Part shown: piece after piece, positions 57,851-64,000 of the stretch
Position numbering within the stretch: the first letter of the stretch is position 1
Layout: the number at the start of each line of letters is the position of its first letter
Assembly (NCBI GenBank): GCA_905235435.1
Contig: CAJOLD010000009.1
Location: 16,129 to 80,128 of the forward strand
Reading direction: 5' to 3'
Source of the DNA: an uncultured Lachnospiraceae bacterium
Lineage (GTDB): Bacteria; Bacillota; Clostridia; Lachnospirales; Lachnospiraceae
Length of the DNA stretch: 64,000 nucleotides
Program-made: the position numbers and the translations under genes
The notes under the pieces: generated by a model
Told to the model about the DNA's origin: nothing
The model's input: only the letters and a program-made list of their open reading frames with translations
The model's database searches: none

Positions 57851-58795
57851 TCACCCGTTTTCGCGGATGTATGCTTCGATCTGTTCCCTGGTCGGGATAG
57901 AGGCGATCGCGCCCTTCTGCTGTACGCAGATGCAGCCGGACACATTGCCGTACGCCATGGCTTCCTTCAGCTTGTCAGCCGTAAGGTCGGCGGTCTTTTC
58001 GACCCCGAGGATGCGCAGCTTCGAAAGGAAGCCGCCCCAGAAAGCGTCGCCGGCGCCGGTCGCGTCAACGGCCTTCACCTTCCTGCCGGCCACTTCGAAG
58101 GTCTCCCCGCCGAAATAAACGCGGGCGCCCTTGCTGCCGAGCGTCTCGACGATCACCGCAATACCGTACTTCTCCATGAGTCCCGGAAGCGCGGCCTCGC
58201 CGCCCATCATCTCCACTTCCTCCTCGGAGATCTTGAGAAGATCCACGTACTGCAGGATATCCATGACAGCCGCGGTGCATCCCTCAATATCGTCATTCCA
58301 CATGACGTTGCGGTAGTTGACGTCAAAGCTGACGATCTTTCCCTTTTCTTTGCCGAGCTTTAAGGCGCGGATGGTCGCCGCCGCCTCCGGCTGCGCGGAA
58401 AGGGAGCAGGAACCGGCGTGGATGATCACGCTGTCTGCGATATCCGCCTCTTTTACGTCCTCCTCGGCAAGGAGCATGTCCGCTCCGGGCTTTCTCGCGA
58501 AGGTAAAGAGACGTTCTCCGTCTTCCTGCAGCGTCACAAAGGCCATGGTCGTAATGGCTTCTTTGCAGAGCTCGGGGCTCGCCGCGCGCACGTTATACTC
58601 ATCCAGGGTCTTCATCAGGAAGCGCCCGAAGTCGTCCTCGCCGACCTTGCAGCACATGCTGGCCGAAAGGCCGTTCTTGGCCGCGGCGATCGCGACATTG
58701 GCGGGGGCGCCGCCGGCCTTGCGGATGTAGCTGGCTTCCTCGCTGCCCGGGATGAAATCAATGACCATTTCACCAATTGCGTAAAGATCTGTCAT
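57851..58795 (-). CDS. PfkB-family sugar kinase (fructokinase/ketohexokinase-like)
   Basis: ORF trimmed to ATG 58795, with CAGGAGGAAG upstream. GGAPANVA and DATGAGDAFWGGFL are present. Confidence 0.8.
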   Translation of the reverse strand: MTDLYAIGEMVIDFIPGSEEASYIRKAGGAPANVAIAAAKNGLSASMCCKVGEDDFGRFLMKTLDEYNVRAASPELCKEAITTMAFVTLQEDGERLFTFARKPGADMLLAEEDVKEADIADSVIIHAGSCSLSAQPEAAATIRALKLGKEKGKIVSFDVNYRNVMWNDDIEGCTAAVMDILQYVDLLKISEEEVEMMGGEAALPGLMEKYGIAVIVETLGSKGARVYFGGETFEVAGRKVKAVDATGAGDAFWGGFLSKLRILGVEKTADLTADKLKEAMAYGNVSGCICVQQKGAIASIPTREQIEAYIRENG

Positions 58796-58835
58796 AATTC
58801 TTCCTCCTGTGGAATCCACCCAAATTGTTAAAATA

Positions 58836-58864
58836 AGTATACGTTTGCCTATTAATAAAGTCAA
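58836..58864 (-). promoter_or_regulatory. promoter of the kinase-epimerase-isomerase operon
   Basis: Minus strand: TTGACT, 17-nt spacer, TATACT, about 40 nt upstream of ATG 58795. It shares the 14-mer TTGACTTTATTAAT with 54645..54658. Confidence 0.55.
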
Positions 58865-58956
58865 CACACTAATATCTGAATCGTATAAACTGCCGTTATT
58901 TGCGACTCTCCTTTGTGCATGTTTACCAATGGCACTCCTCTCGCGCTCCTTTCACG

Positions 58957-60111
58957 TCACGACAGCAGGTTGCCCGCAAAGACTTCCGAGATCGCATTGC
59001 AGGCCGCGCCCAGAACGTGGCATTTGTCTCCGAAGAAGGTCTTCCGGACGTAGGTCCTGGTATCCCTGTTCCCGAACTTGTGCAGGTTGATCTCATCCTC
59101 GATCTGCCGGATGTACCGGTCGGGCCAGAGGTCGCAGTCCATGGCGAGCAGAACGATCTGCGAGTTGAGGACGTTCAGCGTGCTGACGATGCCCGCGGAA
59201 AGGCGGTCGATCGTCTCCTCCATGACCGAATCCACATCCGGGATATTGCGGCTCAGGAAATCCGCGTAGGTAAGGGAGAGGCCCGTCTTCTGCCGCATCC
59301 GGTCCAGGACGGTCGCCGAGTTGACGTACATTTCCAGGCAGCCGACATTCCCGCAGGCGCAGACCAGACCTTTATTGTCGATGCTGACATGCCCGATCTC
59401 CGGCGCGTAGCCGGTCTCGCTGTGCAGACGGCTCCCGCCGATCAGGATGCCGCAGCCCACGCCGCGGTTGATGCCGACCAGGAGCACGTCCTGAAAGCCG
59501 CGCGCGTTCCCGTAGAGATACTCCGCCTTGACGGCGCTCTGGTTATCATGGTCAAAAAATACGGGGAGGTGGTAGCGCTCCTCGAGCAGCGTTTTCAGTT
59601 CGAAGTTGGTGATCCCGCAAAAGTACATGGGATCGATGATCTTTCCTTCCCGGAGGCTGACAGGGCCGATGGAAGCCGCGCCGATGGCGATGACCCTCGT
59701 CTCCCCCTCGAGCAGGTGGTCCAGCAGATAAAAGATCGAGTCCGCCAGATCCTTTTTGCTGTCAAACTCCCGGACCAGCTTCTCCGACCGCATGATCCCG
59801 AGCTGCATATCGCAGATCACGGCCTCACAGAAGCCGCGCTGCACGAGGATTCCCGCAAACAGCGGCGCGTTCGGGGAGATGTCCAGGCCGATCGGATTTC
59901 TGCCGATCCCGGAATCACTCTCCTTCTCGGTCTCCGTCAGCATCCCCTCCTCGATAAGGCCGCCGACGATCTGGGAGATCGCGGTCTTGGTCAGGCCCAT
60001 GCGCCTGGAAAGATCGATCCTCGACGTGCATTCCCTGGTCGCGACAAGCTGCAGAAGAAGACCCCGGTTGCTCTTTTTCTGATTATCTCTGTTGACACCC
60101 CGCTTGCTCAT
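58957..60111 (-). CDS. ROK-family transcriptional regulator
   Basis: 384 aa with an N-terminal wHTH ([20 protein letters not shown]). The ROK sugar-kinase-like domain carries the zinc motif [10 protein letters not shown]. Its ATG overlaps the dtd stop (ATGA). Confidence 0.85.
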   Translation of the reverse strand: MSKRGVNRDNQKKSNRGLLLQLVATRECTSRIDLSRRMGLTKTAISQIVGGLIEEGMLTETEKESDSGIGRNPIGLDISPNAPLFAGILVQRGFCEAVICDMQLGIMRSEKLVREFDSKKDLADSIFYLLDHLLEGETRVIAIGAASIGPVSLREGKIIDPMYFCGITNFELKTLLEERYHLPVFFDHDNQSAVKAEYLYGNARGFQDVLLVGINRGVGCGILIGGSRLHSETGYAPEIGHVSIDNKGLVCACGNVGCLEMYVNSATVLDRMRQKTGLSLTYADFLSRNIPDVDSVMEETIDRLSAGIVSTLNVLNSQIVLLAMDCDLWPDRYIRQIEDEINLHKFGNRDTRTYVRKTFFGDKCHVLGAACNAISEVFAGNLLS

Positions 60112-60563
60112 AACAATTCTCCATCCTCCGCGGTAAGTACGACGGTAAAGGGGCCGTCATTGACCAGCGAGACCTTCATGTCCTCGCCGAAGCGGCCTGT
60201 TTCAACAGTAAATCCCTGCTCTCTGCAGGACTTTGTCACGTATTCATAGAGCGGCAGGGCAATTTCCGGCCCGGCCGCATCCGTAAACGAGGGCCGGTTC
60301 CCCTTCCGGCAGTCCGCGTACAGCGTGAACTGCGAGATCATCAGAAGGGAGCCGCCGACGTCACGAAGAGAAAGGTTCGTCTTTCCCTGTTCATCCTCAA
60401 AGATCCGAAGTCCGCAGAGCTTGCGCACCAGGCGGTCCGCTTCCGCTTCGGTATCGCTCTTTCCGATGCCGACAAGGACCAGGAGCCCTTTCCCGATCGA
60501 TCCGCAGACCTCTCCGTCTATGGCAACACTGGCGCTTGTGACGCGCTGAATGACAAATTTCAT
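60108..60563 (-). CDS. dtd: D-aminoacyl-tRNA deacylase
   Basis: 151 aa. MKFVIQRV and SQFTLYAD are present, along with the C-terminal GPFT-type motif (NDGPFTVV). Confidence 0.92.
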   Translation of the reverse strand: MKFVIQRVTSASVAIDGEVCGSIGKGLLVLVGIGKSDTEAEADRLVRKLCGLRIFEDEQGKTNLSLRDVGGSLLMISQFTLYADCRKGNRPSFTDAAGPEIALPLYEYVTKSCREQGFTVETGRFGEDMKVSLVNDGPFTVVLTAEDGELL

Positions 60564-61588
60564 GATGGACCTCCAGACCGGCCCGCTCTGAGTTTCTCAA
60601 GGAGCTTTTCAAAGTACTCCGGAAGCGGTGCCTCAAAACTTACAGTTTCCCCGGTCGCCGGATGAACGAACCCCAGCGTCATTGCGTGCAGCGTCTGACC
60701 CTGCAGACCCTTCACCGGACATTTCGCGGGGCCGTAAACGGCATCCCCCAGAACGGGATGGCCGATGCTGCTCATATGCACGCGGATCTGATGGGTCCGC
60801 CCGGTCTCCAGCTCGCAGGCGATATAGGTATAGCTGCCAAATCTCTCCAGGACCCGGTAGTGCGTCACTGCCCGCCGGCCGCCTTTCGCGACGGCCATCT
60901 TCAGGCGGTCCGTCGGATGCCGTCCGATGGGGGCGTCCACGGTCCCCTCGTCCTGTTTGATATTTCCGTGGACGATCGCCCGGTACTGGCGGGTGATCGA
61001 GTGCTCCTGCAGCTGCTGGGCCAGGGAGCGCTGCGCCCTGTCCGTCTTGCAGACGACGAGGAGCCCCGTCGTATCCTGGTCGATCCTGTGGACGATCCCC
61101 GGGCGGAGCGGGTCGTCCCCGGCCGCCAGCGCGCTGCCGCAGTGGAACATTACCGCGTTCACGAGCGTTCCGTCGGCATGTCCCCTCGCCGGATGCACCA
61201 CCATCCCCTTCGGCTTGTTGACGATCAGGATGCTCTCGTCCTCATAGACGATATCGAGCGGGATGTCCTGCGGCGAAGCATTCAGCTGCTCCCGCTCGGT
61301 CACGGTCAGTTCGTAGACGGCCCCGCCCTTTACCGGCGCGCCCGGTTTCTTGATGATCTCCCCCGCAGGGGCCTCGTCGGCGTCATCGTCCGGCGACAGT
61401 TCCTCCTCCAGCAGCGTTTCCCCCTCCGGAAGCTCTGCGTCATCCGCCCTGCGGAATGCGCCGCCGCGGATGAGGGACTGGATAAAGGACCTGGAGTACT
61501 CCGGCAGCCGGCCGGTCAGGAACACATCCGCCCGCAAAAGATCGTCATCTTCCCCCGCGCGGATCAGGACCCTTTTCGTCTTTCCCAT
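60560..61588 (-). CDS. rluD: RluA/RluD-family 23S rRNA pseudouridine synthase
   Basis: ORF 60560..61669 with the likely start at ATG 61588 (GGGGAGGAAG upstream). It has an S4-like N-terminus with an acidic insertion. The catalytic motif is [12 protein letters not shown]. Confidence 0.85.
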   Translation of the reverse strand: MGKTKRVLIRAGEDDDLLRADVFLTGRLPEYSRSFIQSLIRGGAFRRADDAELPEGETLLEEELSPDDDADEAPAGEIIKKPGAPVKGGAVYELTVTEREQLNASPQDIPLDIVYEDESILIVNKPKGMVVHPARGHADGTLVNAVMFHCGSALAAGDDPLRPGIVHRIDQDTTGLLVVCKTDRAQRSLAQQLQEHSITRQYRAIVHGNIKQDEGTVDAPIGRHPTDRLKMAVAKGGRRAVTHYRVLERFGSYTYIACELETGRTHQIRVHMSSIGHPVLGDAVYGPAKCPVKGLQGQTLHAMTLGFVHPATGETVSFEAPLPEYFEKLLEKLRAGRSGGPS

Positions 61589-62156
61589 TCTCTTCCTCCC
61601 CGGCATTCTCCGGCCCGTTTCCGGTATTCTTCCCCGCAAGCCGCCAAAGCTCATCCTCCGGGTAGACAAAGACCAGCAGGATGAGGAGAACGGCCGTGGA
61701 GATCACGACGTACATATCGGCCAGGTTAAAGACAGGAAAATGGATGGCCGAAACATAGATAAAATCGATCACAAAGCCGCGCGCGACCCGGTCGATCATG
61801 TTGCCGAGCGCGCCGGCGGCAAGAAAAAGAGCCGCGGCCTTCAGGGCCCTGCCCTCTCCGCGGGGCAGTCCGGCCACGGCCCGGATGCAGGCGGCGGATA
61901 TCACGGCCGCGAGCAGGACAAAGAGCCACTGCCGGTTTTGGAGCATGCCGAAGGCAGCCCCTCTGTTTTCAACATAGCGAAGCTCTAAAATGCCGGGAAT
62001 CAGCACTGCGGGGCCCTTTCCCTCAAGGGCGCCCTTTGCGGCGATTTTGGTGATCTGGTCCGGCAGGATCAAAATGGCAGTGAGAATCCCCATCCGGAGG
62101 ATCCGCGCGGCAAGGCTCTCCCCCGCCGCCTGCTCCGGATGGCCTGTGCGCCTCAC
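61545..62156 (-). CDS. lspA: lipoprotein signal peptidase II
   Basis: The LspA motifs NRGAAFG and FNLADM are present. The start is uncertain: either GTG 62156, overlapping the aroB stop, or ATG 62093. The C-terminal tail overlaps the rluD start. Confidence 0.82.
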   Translation of the reverse strand: MRRTGHPEQAAGESLAARILRMGILTAILILPDQITKIAAKGALEGKGPAVLIPGILELRYVENRGAAFGMLQNRQWLFVLLAAVISAACIRAVAGLPRGEGRALKAAALFLAAGALGNMIDRVARGFVIDFIYVSAIHFPVFNLADMYVVISTAVLLILLVFVYPEDELWRLAGKNTGNGPENAGEEENGKDEKGPDPRGGR

Positions 62157-63328
62157 GGAGCCACCACTTCCGTGCGCGATTTATTTTCCGCGCGCGACTT
62201 AGTCCCGCACATACAGGAGGCCGCGTCCAGCATCTCCTCCCGGGTGACGGTGGGATCGACGTATGCGTCCCCGACCGCGCGAAGCAGGACGAATTTGATC
62301 TGTCCCGCATCCATCTTTTTATCATGCGCCGCAGCCTCGACGATCTGCTCCGGCGAAACATCCGGAAGCACCTCCGGAAGTCCGAAGCGCCGGTTCATCT
62401 CTTTGACCCTGCCGCAGGTCCCCTCCGGAACAAGGCCCCTTCTTTCACTGAGGCGGGCCGCAGCGACGCTCCCGAGGGCAACGCACTGCCCGTGCAGCAG
62501 TTTGAGGTCCATGACCTTCTCGGCCGCGTGGCCGAGTGTATGGCCGAAATTGAGGATGGCCCTAAGGCCCTTTTCGGTCGGATCCTCCTCCACGACGGCC
62601 CTCTTGATCTCGCAGCTCCTGCGCACCATCGGGAGCAGTACCTCCGGGTCCCGCGCAAGAATCTTCTCCGCGTTTTCCCCGAGCCATTCATAATAGGCCT
62701 CGTCCCGGATGAGGCCATGCTTCAGGATCTCCCCCATGCCGCAGGCAAACTGCTCCTCCGGGAGGGTATCCGTCGTGCGCAGATTCATATAGACCAGGGA
62801 GGGCTGATGGAAAGCCCCCACCATATTCTTGTAACTGTCAAAGTCGACACCGGTCTTCCCGCCGATGCTGCTGTCCACCTGGGCGAGCAGCGTCGTGGGG
62901 ATCTGGATAAAGCGGATCCCGCGAAGATACGTGGCCGCCGCATAACCGGTCATATCACCGGTAACGCCGCCGCCGAGCGCCGCCAGCACATCGCCGCGGT
63001 CAAAGCCCTTTTCGATCAGGAACGCGTAAAGTTTCCGGATCTCATCCAGCGTCTTATGCTCCTCCCCCGCCGGGAAGACATAAACTTCCGTCTGCCTGCA
63101 GCAGGCCGCGGTCAGGGCGCGCACAGACTCCGCATAGAGCGGCGCCACGTTGCTGTCCGTGACGATACAGACCCTGCGGTCCGCAAGATCAAGCGGGGCA
63201 AGGGCCTTCGGCAGGGCGTCAAAGGAATCCTCCAGCCAGATATCGTAGATCTTATTCCCGTCCCTTCCTCTGACGGGAAGGCATCCGGTCCCCGTGACGG
63301 TCTCAAACTTCTGATGCGTCTTATCCAT
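62153..63328 (-). CDS. aroB: 3-dehydroquinate synthase
   Basis: 391 aa. GGGVTGDMTGYAAATYLRGIRFIQIPTTLLAQVDSSIGGKTGV is the AroB nucleotide/metal-site region. Confidence 0.9.
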   Translation of the reverse strand: MDKTHQKFETVTGTGCLPVRGRDGNKIYDIWLEDSFDALPKALAPLDLADRRVCIVTDSNVAPLYAESVRALTAACCRQTEVYVFPAGEEHKTLDEIRKLYAFLIEKGFDRGDVLAALGGGVTGDMTGYAAATYLRGIRFIQIPTTLLAQVDSSIGGKTGVDFDSYKNMVGAFHQPSLVYMNLRTTDTLPEEQFACGMGEILKHGLIRDEAYYEWLGENAEKILARDPEVLLPMVRRSCEIKRAVVEEDPTEKGLRAILNFGHTLGHAAEKVMDLKLLHGQCVALGSVAAARLSERRGLVPEGTCGRVKEMNRRFGLPEVLPDVSPEQIVEAAAHDKKMDAGQIKFVLLRAVGDAYVDPTVTREEMLDAASCMCGTKSRAENKSRTEVVAP

Positions 63329-63343
63329 AAACGAGACTCCTCC

Positions 63344-64000
63344 TTAATTTCTGTCACTGTAGAGCGAAAGCTGCGCGAAAACGCGGCCCTTTTTCGTCAC
63401 CTTTCCCGTCCCGTCAAAGCGGAACCGTCCCAGGCCGCGGCATGAGATGATGCTTCCCTCCTTTGGTCTGCAGGAAGGGTCCGTGACCAGTCTTCCGTCC
63501 GCGAATACCCTTCCGCCCTCGATCAGAGAGACCGCCTGGGGTCTCGGGATGCGGAAGGCAAGCGCCGTGAGCGCGTCGAGGCGGGCGGAAGCGACCGATC
63601 CCGAAACCTCGGTCAGTTTCGGAACAAGGCCCTCCGGCACACCGCCCGCAAGCTCCCTGCATACGACTGTCGTATGGCGGACCCTGGTCAGCGACTCCCC
63701 GATAAACGGCGCGATGCTGCCTGCGCAGATCACGCAGGCACTGCCTTCTCCGACCAGAATGTCCCCGATAAGTCCGCGGTCGATCCCGAGATTCAGGATC
63801 GCTCCCAGGTAGTCCCTGTGGGTCAGCGCGTCCGAAAAGCGCGGGTTTGCCGGCGCGATCTCCATGTATGTATAGGGAAACTCCACTTCCGCATCTTCCA
63901 TGGAATAACAAAAAGCATCAGGGATAAAGGCTATCATCTGACGCTCCGCATACGCATGACCGCCGCGGGAGATGGTCTTAATAAACGCAAGGTCCCGCTG
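63344..64000 (-). CDS. ylmH: YlmH-like S4-domain RNA-binding protein (5' end beyond window)
   Basis: ORF 63344..63937 stays open upstream to the window edge in my own translation (...QRDLAFIKTISRGGHAYAERQMIAF...). The C-terminal S4 domain includes RLDALTALAF and GRVFADGRLV. Confidence 0.65.
   Translation of the reverse strand, partial: QRDLAFIKTISRGGHAYAERQMIAFIPDAFCYSMEDAEVEFPYTYMEIAPANPRFSDALTHRDYLGAILNLGIDRGLIGDILVGEGSACVICAGSIAPFIGESLTRVRHTTVVCRELAGGVPEGLVPKLTEVSGSVASARLDALTALAFRIPRPQAVSLIEGGRVFADGRLVTDPSCRPKEGSIISCRGLGRFRFDGTGKVTKKGRVFAQLSLYSDRN

Noticed and set aside
1-64000. Searched by eye for CRISPR arrays, IS or transposase genes, integrases, phage genes, toxin-antitoxin pairs, tRNA or rRNA genes and long direct or inverted repeats flanking an island.
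   Set aside because: None found. Intergenic spacers are short and are explained by promoters, terminators and one riboswitch. Gene content is core metabolism, envelope and sugar uptake. A computational repeat or tRNA scan would be needed to be certain.

Overview
64-kb chromosomal core segment of a high-GC Firmicute. The Clostridia-type assignment rests on rny, recX, a Cheo-box recA promoter, an ECF RibU gene behind an FMN riboswitch, and YfhO. I count 61 protein genes, 52 of them on the minus strand. I saw no rRNA, tRNA, CRISPR array or recognisable mobile element. In coordinate order the window holds: glpK (partial); argDBJC divergent from argG with ARG-box-like palindromes; a nucleoside ABC importer followed by a fused two-domain nucleoside hydrolase; htpG; glnS; a pncA-like/udk/mutY/GT2 string; deoD; rny-recX-recA; the pyrH-frr-uppS-cdsA-dxr-rseP block; a P-type ATPase; an envelope-modification set (GtrB/CsbB-like GT2, ATP-grasp, PaaK/CapK-like adenylating enzyme, YfhO, acyltransferase-3) interrupted by an FMN-riboswitch/ribU cassette; an FN3-containing L,D-transpeptidase; nudC; a rare-sugar locus (ROK regulator, PfkB kinase, hexulose/pentulose-phosphate 3-epimerase, SIS isomerase, mutarotase-like protein, D-lyxose-isomerase-type cupin, ABC importer); and dtd-rluD-lspA-aroB-ylmH. 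The most unusual direct observation is that three conserved genes (mutY, recA and the mutarotase-like gene) carry +1-class frame disruptions. Two of these are exact 7-bp tandem duplications, and removing one copy restores a textbook protein. The displaced 3' halves are hidden from the ORF track. Whether these lesions are real (a mutator or repair-deficient genotype, reversible switches, or excision footprints) or assembly artefacts cannot be decided from the sequence alone. I could not run any homology search, so all family calls come from motifs I read in the translations.
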